32,000 nt of DNA, from assembly GCF_000012805.1 (NCBI RefSeq), contig NC_007484.1:2850001-2882000 (forward strand). The letters run 5' to 3'. Position numbers and translations under genes: made by a program. Shown piece after piece: positions 20,370 to 29,722 of this stretch (position 1 is its first letter; each line of letters opens with the position of its first letter). Source of the stretch: Nitrosococcus oceani ATCC 19707. Its GTDB lineage: Bacteria > Pseudomonadota > Gammaproteobacteria > Nitrosococcales > Nitrosococcaceae. A model generated the notes under the pieces. It was given only the letters and a program-made list of their open reading frames with translations. It had not been told where the DNA came from and did not search any database.

Positions 20370-21407
20370 ATGGTAACAACCCTACAACTGACTCGCCCTG
20401 ATGATTGGCATCTGCATTTGCGGGATGGAAAAATGCTAACCGACATTGTTCCGGCCACGGGCCGCCGTTTCGCTCGGGCTATCATTATGCCTAATCTGCG
20501 GCCACCTATTACCACCACCACACAAGCACTGGCTTATCGAAAACGTATTCTTGCAGCTCAGCCTAAAAATTTAGACTTCGAACCCCTAATGACCCTCTAT
20601 CTTACTGATAATACCATACCTGAGGAAATCACTCGCGCTCGGGACAGCGGGCATATCTATGCGGTTAAATTATATCCTGCAGGGGCAACCACTAATGCCG
20701 ATTTTGGAGTTACCTGCTTGCACAAACTCTATCCTGTACTGGAAGCCTTGCAACAGCAGCAATTACCATTATTAATCCATGGCGAGGTGACTGATCCTGC
20801 AGTCGATATCTTTGATCGGGAACGGGTCTTTATTGAGAGTCACCTCATTCCGCTGCTCCATGATTTTCCGGCCTTACGGGTAGTACTGGAGCACATTACT
20901 ACCCAAGAGGCGGTGGACTTTATCGAGGCAGCGCCACCAAACATTGCCGCCACTATCACCCCCCATCACCTGCTATTTAACCGCAATGCCCTGTTAGCAG
21001 GGGGAATTCAACCCCATTATTATTGCTTGCCGGTACTCAAGCGGGAAATCCATCGCCAAGCTTTGGTAGCCGCAGCTACTAGCGGCAACCCCAAGTTCTT
21101 TCTAGGAACAGATAGCGCGCCCCATGCCAAAACCGCTAAGGAAACAGCTTGTGGCTGTGCCGGAATCTACAGCAGTCATGCCGCCCTGGAACTTTATGCT
21201 GAGGCTTTCGAGGAAGCAAGCGCTTTGGAAAAGCTAGAGGCATTCGCCAGCTTTCATGGGCCTGATTTCTATGGTTTGCCCCGCAACCAAGACACGGTGA
21301 CGCTCATCAAAACTCCATGGCAAGTGCCGGAGAGCCTACCTTATGGCGATGATGCGTTAATACCCTTGCGTGGGGGAACGACGGTTGCCTGGCGCCTTGC
21401 CGAGTAG
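20370..21407 (+). CDS. pyrC: Dihydroorotase (class II, E. coli type)
   Basis: [14 protein letters not shown] is near-identical to the E. coli PyrC N-terminal metal-binding motif. 345 aa. Confidence 0.95.
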   Translation: MVTTLQLTRPDDWHLHLRDGKMLTDIVPATGRRFARAIIMPNLRPPITTTTQALAYRKRILAAQPKNLDFEPLMTLYLTDNTIPEEITRARDSGHIYAVKLYPAGATTNADFGVTCLHKLYPVLEALQQQQLPLLIHGEVTDPAVDIFDRERVFIESHLIPLLHDFPALRVVLEHITTQEAVDFIEAAPPNIAATITPHHLLFNRNALLAGGIQPHYYCLPVLKREIHRQALVAAATSGNPKFFLGTDSAPHAKTAKETACGCAGIYSSHAALELYAEAFEEASALEKLEAFASFHGPDFYGLPRNQDTVTLIKTPWQVPESLPYGDDALIPLRGGTTVAWRLAE

Positions 21408-21448
21408 ACCCACAATGTCGTGTGCTACAAATATCCTGAAAAGTACGC

Positions 21449-22165
21449 CTATAACGACATACCTAAGCGCCGGGCTACCTCCTCATAGGCTTCCGTAACC
21501 CCCCCTAGCCCATGGCGGAATCGATCCTTATCTAGTTTCTCACGGGTCTTCACATCCCAAAGACGACAACCATCTGGGGTAAATTCATCACCCAACAGGA
21601 CTTGACCCTGAACATCACCAAATTCCAACTTGTAATCCACTAACAATAATCCCGCCTCCAGAAATAATACTTTTAAGATGTCATTAATCCTAAAAGTATA
21701 CTCCTTCATCTGCTCAACCTGTTTCGGGTTCGCCCAGCCAAAAGTGCGGATATGATATTCATTAATCATGGGATCATGGCGGGCATCGTCCTTAAGAAAA
21801 AACTCAAACACGGGGGGATCTAAATCAAGACCATCTTGCACCCCTAATCGCCGGCACAAACTGCCAGTAGCAATATTACGCACCACGCATTCGATGGGAA
21901 ACATCTCCAAGCGCTTAACGAGAGATTCTTGTTCGCTCAACAGACGCTCGAAATGGGTTGGAATACCCGCCGCCGCCAATTTTTCCATAATGAAGGCGTT
22001 AAATTTATTATTGATTTCTCCCTTGCGGCTGAAGCGCTCAATTTTCTTCCCATCGAAGGCCGAAGTATCGTCACGGAAATACAGAATTAGCTGGGTAGGA
22101 TCGTCCGTTATGTAAACGGTCTTGGCCTTACCAGAATAAAGCTCAGATTGTTTTTTTGTTGCCAT
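21449..22165 (-). CDS. purC: Phosphoribosylaminoimidazole-succinocarboxamide (SAICAR) synthase
   Basis: 238 aa. N-terminus [10 protein letters not shown] plus conserved PurC motifs. dapA-bamC-purC synteny as in E. coli. Confidence 0.95.
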   Translation of the reverse strand: MATKKQSELYSGKAKTVYITDDPTQLILYFRDDTSAFDGKKIERFSRKGEINNKFNAFIMEKLAAAGIPTHFERLLSEQESLVKRLEMFPIECVVRNIATGSLCRRLGVQDGLDLDPPVFEFFLKDDARHDPMINEYHIRTFGWANPKQVEQMKEYTFRINDILKVLFLEAGLLLVDYKLEFGDVQGQVLLGDEFTPDGCRLWDVKTREKLDKDRFRHGLGGVTEAYEEVARRLGMSL

Positions 22166-22181
22166 ACGCTTCCTTCTTTAT

Positions 22182-23198
22182 CTACTCAGTCAATTGCTCA
22201 CCTAGCAAGGACAATAAGCGTTTCGCGGTGGCCGACTCATCACGCCGCCCCTCAGTATCAAGGATAACTACCCGAGTCGCCGCGCCGTCGGAAATTAACT
22301 TGATCTGGTAACGACTTTGCTCATCTTCATCCTCTTCATCATCCCAAAAGGCCAGCTTGGAAAACCAGCCTGAATCCGTTTCCTGCGGCTGCGCAAAAGG
22401 ATCTTTATAGCGGATATAGTAAACACCTCGGGAGCGGTTTCGATCTTCTACGGAAAACCCTTTTTGATCAAGCACCAACCCTACCTGGCGCCAAGCGCGG
22501 GAGAAGTCTTCAGCTAGTTCCATAGCCGTGCCCCCATCCAGCATATTGATACGGCTAGGGCTGGTAGTAGCCTGCTGGCCGTTCTGCTCGACCCGGGCCA
22601 GATCCTGAGCATGCAATGCCCCAAGATATTCAGCTAAACGGCGGAGCATAGTTTCCGCCTGCTGCGGATTAGGATCAGCAGTATTCTGCTTTAAGTGAAT
22701 AATGGTGGACTGGGGAGTCTCTCCACGCTCAATACGGACCCGATAATTGTCCTGTTCAGAAGAACCTGTGGTATCCATAAATCCAATACGGATATCCTCA
22801 GCCTTAATTTCAAGGCCGTTTTCGGCCCAGAAGCTGTGTACCCGTTCCCATACTTTCTTCTGGTCTTCCGGAACCAGCAATCGTTGTTCTACCCCCTCGC
22901 CTTCCAAGCGGGGTTTTCTGTCTGACTCAATCTCATAGAGATCCATCAAGGGGTTACGACCTTGTTCTTGATATTCTAAATAGGTCGCTGTACCGGCATC
23001 ATCCTCTATTATGTTAGTACGAATAGCTTCAGCACTTAGATCGGGAGGAATATCCAGAGGTGGTAAGGTTTGGGCCTTACGGTATTCCTTAGTATTATCA
23101 GGCACTAACTCATCAAGCGCAGAAAAGATACTGCACCCCCCCAGGACTACGGGGATTACCCACAAAATGGCGTAACATCTCCCTATCCTTATGCCCAT
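22182..23198 (-). CDS. bamC: Outer membrane protein assembly factor BamC (NlpB) lipoprotein
   Basis: Lipobox VVLGGC near the N-terminus, 338 aa. It occupies the conserved position immediately downstream of dapA. Confidence 0.85.
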   Translation of the reverse strand: MGIRIGRCYAILWVIPVVLGGCSIFSALDELVPDNTKEYRKAQTLPPLDIPPDLSAEAIRTNIIEDDAGTATYLEYQEQGRNPLMDLYEIESDRKPRLEGEGVEQRLLVPEDQKKVWERVHSFWAENGLEIKAEDIRIGFMDTTGSSEQDNYRVRIERGETPQSTIIHLKQNTADPNPQQAETMLRRLAEYLGALHAQDLARVEQNGQQATTSPSRINMLDGGTAMELAEDFSRAWRQVGLVLDQKGFSVEDRNRSRGVYYIRYKDPFAQPQETDSGWFSKLAFWDDEEDEDEQSRYQIKLISDGAATRVVILDTEGRRDESATAKRLLSLLGEQLTE

Positions 23199-23216
23199 AT
23201 TCCGATATTTTTAACC

Positions 23217-24095
23217 TTACTGCAGAATCTGCTCTTGGCGTAATGCTTGCCGTAGCAATTCATGATAACGTTCAGACAAAACGGTCAAGGGTAAGCGAAT
23301 ACCTTGGGCAATCAAGCCCATCTCATACAAGGCCCATTTCACGGGAATAGGGTTAACTTCAGAAAACAGAGCAGCGTAGAGGGGGCATAACCTAGTATTA
23401 ATAGCCTCCGCAGCCTTGCGATTACCCTGCAGCGCCACGGTACACATTTCATGCACAGCCTTAGGCGCCACATTGGCGGTTACCGAAATAGTTCCCCGAC
23501 CTCCTATTAGCATATATTCCATAGCAGCACTATCTTCACCGCTATAGAGATCGAGTTTATCGCCACACAGTTCTAGAATCTGGCGCCCTCGGGCAATATC
23601 TTCCGTAGCCTCCTTGATACCAACAATATTGGAAATATCCGCCAAACGGGCTACCGTTTCCGGCAATAAATCGCACGCCGTCCGGGTAGGTACATTATAA
23701 AGAATCTGGGGAATGGGGACAGCTTCAGCAATAGCTTTGAAATGGAGATATAAACCTTCTTGAGTGGGTCTATTATAATAAGGAACCACGAGCAAGCAAG
23801 CATCGGCACCAGCCTCTAAGGCCGCCCGAGTCAACTCTTCAGCTTCACGGGTAGAATTAGCGCCCGTTCCCGCAATTACCGGCAACCGCCCCTGGGCTTG
23901 ATCCACCACCTCGCGGATAACCCGAATATGCTCTTTTACTTCCAGCGTAGGAGACTCTCCCGTAGTCCCTACCGTTACTATAGCATCAGTTCCGTTTTCT
24001 ATATGGAAATCAACCAACCGCCGTAAACCTTCCCAGTCTAGGGCCCCGTCGGGATGCATCGGTGTTACCAAAGCAACCATGCTGCCATGAAACAT
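23217..24095 (-). CDS. dapA: 4-hydroxy-tetrahydrodipicolinate synthase
   Basis: GSMVALVTPM...VTVGTTGES N-terminal signature. 292 aa. Confidence 0.95.
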   Translation of the reverse strand: MFHGSMVALVTPMHPDGALDWEGLRRLVDFHIENGTDAIVTVGTTGESPTLEVKEHIRVIREVVDQAQGRLPVIAGTGANSTREAEELTRAALEAGADACLLVVPYYNRPTQEGLYLHFKAIAEAVPIPQILYNVPTRTACDLLPETVARLADISNIVGIKEATEDIARGRQILELCGDKLDLYSGEDSAAMEYMLIGGRGTISVTANVAPKAVHEMCTVALQGNRKAAEAINTRLCPLYAALFSEVNPIPVKWALYEMGLIAQGIRLPLTVLSERYHELLRQALRQEQILQ

Positions 24096-24267
24096 AGCGC
24101 TATTCCCATAAATTAATAATGATTAACCGCGCATGGTACCCATGGACTCAAGGAATGGCAAGGCTCTGTCGCATTTCACCGACAGACAATTTAGATTAGT
24201 GACGACCGTACTGTAATCGGCTAAGCTAACTGGCCTATTTCTTTGAAAGGGTGCAGGCAAAAACACA

Positions 24268-24801
24268 ATGCAGCAGCATTTGGTGATCTCGGCGATAGGA
24301 CATGAGCAACCTGGGCTTTTAAAGGAATTAACTAGCGCCATACTGGATAGCGGTTGCAGCATCGAAGATAGCCGCATGGTCCTGCTTGGAACGAAATTTA
24401 CCATACAGCTGCTCGTCTCTGGCAGTTGGAGCGCGGTGGCTAAATTAGAAGCCATGCTACCCGGTTTAAAGCAGCGGCTTACATTAACCATACTCAGTAA
24501 ACGCACCGAAGCCCGCTCCCGCAACCGCACCCTTATGCCCTATGCGGTAGAGGCTATATCAATAAACCAACCCGGCATTATACATGAGCTAACTTATTTC
24601 TTTGCCAACCGCAATATTACTATCGAAGAACTTAGCACCCGATGTTATCCCGCGCCGCATACAGAAGCGCCTTTATTTTCGGTCAGCCTCATTATACACT
24701 TGCCCGCTGATCTATCCATTGCCGTTCTAAGAGAACAGTTTATGGAACTATGCGATAATTTAAATTTGGATGCTATCTTGGAGCCTATCCGAGGCCGCTA
24801 A
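24268..24801 (+). CDS. gcvR: Glycine cleavage system transcriptional repressor GcvR (tandem ACT domains)
   Basis: It aligns with E. coli GcvR (LVISAIGHEQPGLL..GCSIEDSRMVLLGTKFT..LVSGSW). It is divergent from dapA and followed by bcp, exactly as in E. coli. Confidence 0.85.
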   Translation: MQQHLVISAIGHEQPGLLKELTSAILDSGCSIEDSRMVLLGTKFTIQLLVSGSWSAVAKLEAMLPGLKQRLTLTILSKRTEARSRNRTLMPYAVEAISINQPGIIHELTYFFANRNITIEELSTRCYPAPHTEAPLFSVSLIIHLPADLSIAVLREQFMELCDNLNLDAILEPIRGR

Positions 24802-24823
24802 TCCCTACAATGTTAGAGATCCC

Positions 24824-25291
24824 ATGACTGAAGTAACTATAGGAAAAACGGTTCCCGATTTTGAACTTCCTGCCACTTCGGGACAAACCGTCAAGCTGTC
24901 GCAACTACAAGGCCAAAACGTGGTGCTGTACTTTTATCCTAAAGACGACACGCCAGGATGCACCCGGGAAGGGCAAGACTTCCGAGACCTCCACCCAGAA
25001 TTCAAGCGCCTTAACACCGTTATCTTTGGTATTTCCCGGGATACTCTAAAATCCCATGAAACGTTCAAAGCGCAGCAGCGTTTTCCATTCGAACTCTTAT
25101 CGGATAAGGATGCAACAGTTTGCAGACTATTTGAGGTCATCAAGCCCAAGAAAATGTTCGGCAAAGATGTCAAGGGCATAGAGCGCAGCACTTTTCTCAT
25201 CGATCAGGAAGGAATTCTGCGCGAAGAGTGGCGCAAGGTAAAAGTTGAAGATCATGCGGCGGAAGTGCTAGCAGCAACTAAAGCTCTCTAA
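24824..25291 (+). CDS. bcp: Peroxiredoxin Bcp (PrxQ-type thiol peroxidase)
   Basis: Active-site motif YFYPKDDTPGCTREG. The internal ATG at 24824 (MTEVTIGKTVPDFELP) matches Bcp N-termini. The ORF-track start at 24770 overlaps gcvR. Confidence 0.9.
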   Translation: MTEVTIGKTVPDFELPATSGQTVKLSQLQGQNVVLYFYPKDDTPGCTREGQDFRDLHPEFKRLNTVIFGISRDTLKSHETFKAQQRFPFELLSDKDATVCRLFEVIKPKKMFGKDVKGIERSTFLIDQEGILREEWRKVKVEDHAAEVLAATKAL

Positions 25292-25472
25292 GAAGCCCTT
25301 TTTAAAAATATATCCTGTAGGCACCGATACAGTGTTGAGGCGCATTTTGCAATGCTGAAGAACTAATAGTTAACCTCCGATTAGGCTACTCATTCACTTT
25401 TCTTTTCCCTCTGAGTAACCGTAAAAAATTAAGTATTATAGGAAACATCCGTCCAACGGGGCACTGCGCTAC

Positions 25473-25481
25473 TTATCCACA
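25473..25481 (+). promoter_or_regulatory. Perfect consensus DnaA box upstream of nrdA
   Basis: TTATCCACA is an exact 9-mer match. A GGATAA half-site in inverted orientation follows 10 nt downstream. Confidence 0.45.
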
Positions 25482-25512
25482 CGGCGCCGGATAATGTCGA
25501 TCTAATTGCCCC

Positions 25513-25541
25513 TTGCGCTTCGCCTCAAAACACCCTATGTT
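25513..25541 (+). promoter_or_regulatory. Candidate sigma70 promoter of nrdAB
   Basis: TTGCGC (-35), an exact 17-nt spacer, then TATGTT (-10), about 90 nt upstream of the nrdA ATG. The -10 is embedded in NrdR-like box 1. Confidence 0.4.
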
Positions 25542-25577
25542 GTGTTATGTAAGTCGGTTAACCACATCTTCTTGTGT
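25530..25577 (+). promoter_or_regulatory. Tandem NrdR-box-like palindromes
   Basis: ACACCCTATGTTGTGT (25530-25545) matches 13/16 to acaCwAtATaTwGtgt. CCACATCTTCTTGTGT (25562-25577) matches 11/16. The start-to-start spacing is 32 bp, the typical phasing of paired NrdR boxes. Confidence 0.5.
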
Positions 25578-25632
25578 TTTTACGCTGGTTAAAAACAACT
25601 CTAAACCTCCATTTAGTGCCTGAGAGTCTGCT

Positions 25633-28600
25633 ATGAAAACGGAATCCTCTACTACTATGTCATACCCCCAGGAACAGACTCATGACCCCGAAGCCCTGGA
25701 CCCTACCGTCAGAGTCACGGCCCCTGGTCAATACCGAGTCATTCGCCGCAACGGCAAAGTCACTGGTTTTGATCCCAGTAAAATTGCCGTCGCTATGACC
25801 AAAGCCTTCCTGGCGCTAGAAGGGAACGGCGCGGCAATGAGCAAACGCATCCACCAAACGGTGGAAGTCTTGACGGAACAAGTGGTGGAAGCCTGTACCC
25901 GCCGTTTAGAGACAGGGGGCACCGTCCATATCGAAGGTATCCAAGATCAGGTGGAACTCGCTCTCATGCGAGGGGGACACCACAAAATAGCGCGAGCCTA
26001 CGTGCTCTACCGGGAAGAACGAGCCCGAGAGAGAGCCCAAACCGCAGCCAAAAATAAGAAAAAGACCATCGAACCGCCCATCCAAGTAACTTTGGCTGAC
26101 GGCCGAACTGCACCATTGGATAAAGCCCGGCTCACCCGAATTGTAGAAGAAGCTTGCCAGAATTTACCGGAAACCCAGCCCCAGGCTATTATCAACGAAA
26201 CCTTGCGTAACCTTTTTGATGGCGTCGCGGAACAAGATGTGGAAAGGGCCCTCATCATGAGCGCCCGCACCTTCATCGAAAAAGAACCCAATTACAGTTA
26301 CACCACCGCCCGTCTATTGTTAGACAGTTTGCGCCGGGAGGCGCTTTCCTTCATCCATGGCATGGAAACCCATGCCACTCAGCAGGAAATGATCGAACGC
26401 TATCCAGAATATTTTGCTGCCTATATCAGGCAAGGCGCTGAAATACAATTGATTGACAGCCGCCTTACCCAATACGATTTAACCCGACTAGGCCAAGCCT
26501 TGCGGCCGGAACGGGATTTTCAGTTCACTTATCTTGGCTTGCAAACCCTCTACGACCGTTATTTCATTCACTCCGGCGGTACTCGTTTTGAGTTGCCCCA
26601 AGCCTTTTTCATGCGAGTTGCCATGGGGCTAGCCATCAATGAAATTGAACGGGAAGAGCGGGCCATCGAGTTCTATGAACTGTTGTCCTCCTTTGACTTT
26701 ATGAGCAGCACCCCCACTTTATTTAACTCAGGCTCCTTGAGACCTCAGCTTTCCTCCTGTTATTTAACCACCGTGCCCGATGACTTGGATGGGATTTATA
26801 GCGCCATCAAGGACAATGCCCTGCTCTCCAAATATGCGGGCGGGCTCGGCAACGACTGGACTCGGGTTCGGGGAATGGGCGCTCACATCAAAGGGACCAA
26901 CGGCAAATCCCAAGGCGTAGTGCCCTTTTTAAAGGTGACCAATGATACTGCCGTGGCGGTCAATCAATGTCTTGCGCCAAACACTTTGGTACACACGGCC
27001 GAAGGAATAAAGTCCATCAAAGCCATCCAGGCAGGGGATTTAGTCTTGAGTCAATGCGGCGAGTACCGGGAAGTAACCCGCAAGTTTGCCTATAATCAGA
27101 CTGAAGCCATGGTGGAACTCAATATCAAGCACGGTATCGAGCCACTCAAAGTCACCACTGGTCACCCTTTTTGGGCACTGCGCGGCGTACCCATGGAACA
27201 ATCCAGCTACCGAACCCTGTCCTGGCTTGCCCGCGGCAAAATACAACCTGAATGGGTCGAAGCCGGAAAGTTGTCCAAAGGGGATTATGTGGCCCAAGTA
27301 ATACCGAAGGAGATAGTGCCGGTAGCTGATTTTACCGAAGACGACGCTCGCCTATACGGTATATTGCTTGGCGACGGGCACCTCTGTAAGAAGGGAGGGG
27401 AATGGGGGGTTTCCGGTAACCCTCGGCGAGACCACCACCTCCAGTTCGTACGCCATTACCTAGAAGTGCGCGGAATTCACTACTGGGAAATCAGCCGCGG
27501 CACTCGCTATGCTCAGATTCGTTGGGCCAGCGGCCGTGGTGCCGTTCGCAATGCCACCACCGGCCGCATCGTCGGCGCTGGCGCCCCTACTCTTCCATTT
27601 ACCCGCGACGATCTCTATGATCACACCGAAAACAAACGCATCCACCATCGGCTCAGTCACCTTCCCCGCCGCCAGACCCTAGCCTTGGTACAGGGACTAC
27701 TAGAAACTGACGGCGGTGTGAGTCGAAATAAGGAGATCTATTTTACTAGTACCTCATTTTTACTTGCGGAGGGGCTACGCTACCAACTATTGCGCTTAGG
27801 CGTACCTACCGCTGGCCAATACCGTGAACGCCAGCAGGGTCACAGCGGCCAGCGTAGCGATGGCAGTGAAATCCGTTTTAACGGTATCTGCCGAGCAGTG
27901 GATGTGAGAATTCCCGCCGTGTCTGAAATCGCGGAACGCCTCGGCTGCCGCGCACTCACCAAGCACAACTGGATCGAATATAATGGTTTTCTATTCACCC
28001 GCCTGCGCAGCGCACGTGATATCTCCCCCCTACCCTTCGTCTACGATCTCAAAGTCGAAGGTGATCCAAGCTATATGACCACTACAGCCCTAGTTCACAA
28101 CGGTGGCAAGCGCAAGGGCGCGGTCTGCGCCTATCTGGAAACCTGGCACATCGATATCGAAGAATTCCTTGAGCTGCGCAAAAATACCGGTGACGATCGC
28201 CGCCGTACCCACGACATGAATACCGCTAACTGGGTGCCGGACCTGTTTATGAAACGGGTAGCTGAAGACGGCGGCTGGACTTTGTTTTCCCCCGACGAAA
28301 CCCCGGATCTCCATGACTTGGTAGGCCAAGCTTTTGAAGCAGCCTATCTTGGCTATGAGGACAAGGCTAGCCGTGGCGAAATCAAGAATTTTAAAAAGCG
28401 GCGTGCCGTGGATCTATGGCGCAAAATGCTCTCCATGCTATTCGAGACAGGACATCCTTGGATCGCCTTTAAAGACCCCTGTAATCTGCGTTCCCCCCAG
28501 CAGCATGCGGGCGTGGTCCATTCCTCAAATTTATGTACCGAAATTACTCTGAATACCTCCGATGATGAAATCGCAGTATGCAATCTAGGCTCTATCAACC

Positions 28601-29643
28601 TCCCTCAACATCTGGATGAAGACGGTCTTAACCTGCCTAAATTGGAGAAAACCATCACCACTGCCATGCGCATGCTGGATAATGTCATCGATTACAACTA
28701 TTACAGCGTACCCACGGCACGGCGCTCCAACCTGCGCCATCGGCCCGTCGGCCTGGGCCTCATGGGGTTTCAGGACGCCCTTTATAAACGCCGTATCCCC
28801 TATGCCTCGGAAGCCGCCGTGGAGTTCGCCGACCACTCCATGGAGGCAATCAGTTACTATGCCATCAAGGCTTCCAGCAACCTCGCCGCAGAACGGGGCA
28901 GTTACCATACTTTCGAAGGTTCCCTCTGGAGCCAGGGACTTCTGCCCATCGATTCCATCAGCTTGCTCGAAGAAAGTCGTGGCAGTTACTTCCAGCAAGA
29001 CCGTTCCCACACACTGGACTGGGACAGCCTGCGGGAACAGGTCAAAACAGTGGGTATGCGTAATTCCAATTGCATGGCCATCGCCCCCACTGCGACGATT
29101 TCTAATATCTGCGGCGTCAGCCAGTCTATTGAGCCGACTTACCAAAATCTGTTCGTGAAATCCAACCTCTCAGGCGAGTTTACGGTGATTAACCCCTACT
29201 TGGTCCAGGATCTGAAAGCCCAGAACTTATGGGATGAGGTCATGGTCAACGACCTCAAATACTTTGATGGTAGCGCCCAGCCCATTGACCGCATACCGGA
29301 GGAACTCAAAACCCTCTATGCCACCGCCTTCGAGATCGATCCCCGCTGGCTGGTGGAGGCGGCCTCCCGCCGCCAAAAGTGGCTTGATCAGGCTCAAAGC
29401 CTCAACCTTTATATGGCCGAACCCAACGGTAAAAAGCTTGATAACCTCTATAAGCTCGCCTGGGTGCGGGGCCTCAAAACCACTTATTATTTACGCTCCC
29501 TGGGCGCTACCCATGTGGAGAAGAGCACCATGACCTCGGACCAGGCGAACAAGCTTAATGCCGTCCAATCGGGCTATATTCAGAAATCGGAAGCGCCGCA
29601 AGCTTGTTCCGTCCAGGACCCGGACTGCGAAGCCTGTCAATAG
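25633..29643 (+). CDS. nrdA: Class Ia ribonucleotide reductase alpha subunit precursor (two N-terminal ATP-cone-like regions) interrupted in frame by an intein
   Basis: ATP cone VIRRNGKVTGFDPSKI, catalytic SNLCTEI, and the C-terminal CEACQ tail. 1336 aa total. Removing residues 446-823 leaves 958 aa, the length of the pseudomonad-type NrdA. Confidence 0.95.
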   Translation: MKTESSTTMSYPQEQTHDPEALDPTVRVTAPGQYRVIRRNGKVTGFDPSKIAVAMTKAFLALEGNGAAMSKRIHQTVEVLTEQVVEACTRRLETGGTVHIEGIQDQVELALMRGGHHKIARAYVLYREERARERAQTAAKNKKKTIEPPIQVTLADGRTAPLDKARLTRIVEEACQNLPETQPQAIINETLRNLFDGVAEQDVERALIMSARTFIEKEPNYSYTTARLLLDSLRREALSFIHGMETHATQQEMIERYPEYFAAYIRQGAEIQLIDSRLTQYDLTRLGQALRPERDFQFTYLGLQTLYDRYFIHSGGTRFELPQAFFMRVAMGLAINEIEREERAIEFYELLSSFDFMSSTPTLFNSGSLRPQLSSCYLTTVPDDLDGIYSAIKDNALLSKYAGGLGNDWTRVRGMGAHIKGTNGKSQGVVPFLKVTNDTAVAVNQCLAPNTLVHTAEGIKSIKAIQAGDLVLSQCGEYREVTRKFAYNQTEAMVELNIKHGIEPLKVTTGHPFWALRGVPMEQSSYRTLSWLARGKIQPEWVEAGKLSKGDYVAQVIPKEIVPVADFTEDDARLYGILLGDGHLCKKGGEWGVSGNPRRDHHLQFVRHYLEVRGIHYWEISRGTRYAQIRWASGRGAVRNATTGRIVGAGAPTLPFTRDDLYDHTENKRIHHRLSHLPRRQTLALVQGLLETDGGVSRNKEIYFTSTSFLLAEGLRYQLLRLGVPTAGQYRERQQGHSGQRSDGSEIRFNGICRAVDVRIPAVSEIAERLGCRALTKHNWIEYNGFLFTRLRSARDISPLPFVYDLKVEGDPSYMTTTALVHNGGKRKGAVCAYLETWHIDIEEFLELRKNTGDDRRRTHDMNTANWVPDLFMKRVAEDGGWTLFSPDETPDLHDLVGQAFEAAYLGYEDKASRGEIKNFKKRRAVDLWRKMLSMLFETGHPWIAFKDPCNLRSPQQHAGVVHSSNLCTEITLNTSDDEIAVCNLGSINLPQHLDEDGLNLPKLEKTITTAMRMLDNVIDYNYYSVPTARRSNLRHRPVGLGLMGFQDALYKRRIPYASEAAVEFADHSMEAISYYAIKASSNLAAERGSYHTFEGSLWSQGLLPIDSISLLEESRGSYFQQDRSHTLDWDSLREQVKTVGMRNSNCMAIAPTATISNICGVSQSIEPTYQNLFVKSNLSGEFTVINPYLVQDLKAQNLWDEVMVNDLKYFDGSAQPIDRIPEELKTLYATAFEIDPRWLVEAASRRQKWLDQAQSLNLYMAEPNGKKLDNLYKLAWVRGLKTTYYLRSLGATHVEKSTMTSDQANKLNAVQSGYIQKSEAPQACSVQDPDCEACQ
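26968..28101 (+). mobile_element. Intein (378 aa) with LAGLIDADG homing-endonuclease domain, inserted in the conserved NQ|GGKRKGA motif of NrdA
   Basis: Block A CLAPNTLVHTAEG, block B VTTGHPFW. Two dodecapeptide motifs, LYGILLGDGHL (about 27349-27390) and LVQGLLETDGGVS (about 27682-27720). Block F VYDLKVEGDPSY and terminal LVHN. The flanking extein sequence is contiguous once the element is removed. Confidence 0.9.
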
Positions 29644-29722
29644 GCAGTCTCTTCGTGCCCGTACGGCACATGTAAATCGAGCCCAGTCAAAAAAAACTTA
29701 ATTAATAATGAGGAGCTTAAAG

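Noticed and set aside
24123-24530. 135-aa minus-strand ORF spanning the dapA-gcvR divergent region
   Set aside because: It is antisense to the well-supported gcvR and reaches into the promoter region. The sequence is not protein-like. It is a shadow ORF.
28585-29158. Long ORFs (186 aa on minus, 180 aa on plus in an alternate frame) inside nrdA, and similar ones inside ilvC (16720-17298), ilvI, leuA and the MCO and cupredoxin genes
   Set aside because: They overlap strongly conserved genes in other frames, carry no motifs, and have the composition typical of off-frame translation of GC-balanced coding DNA.
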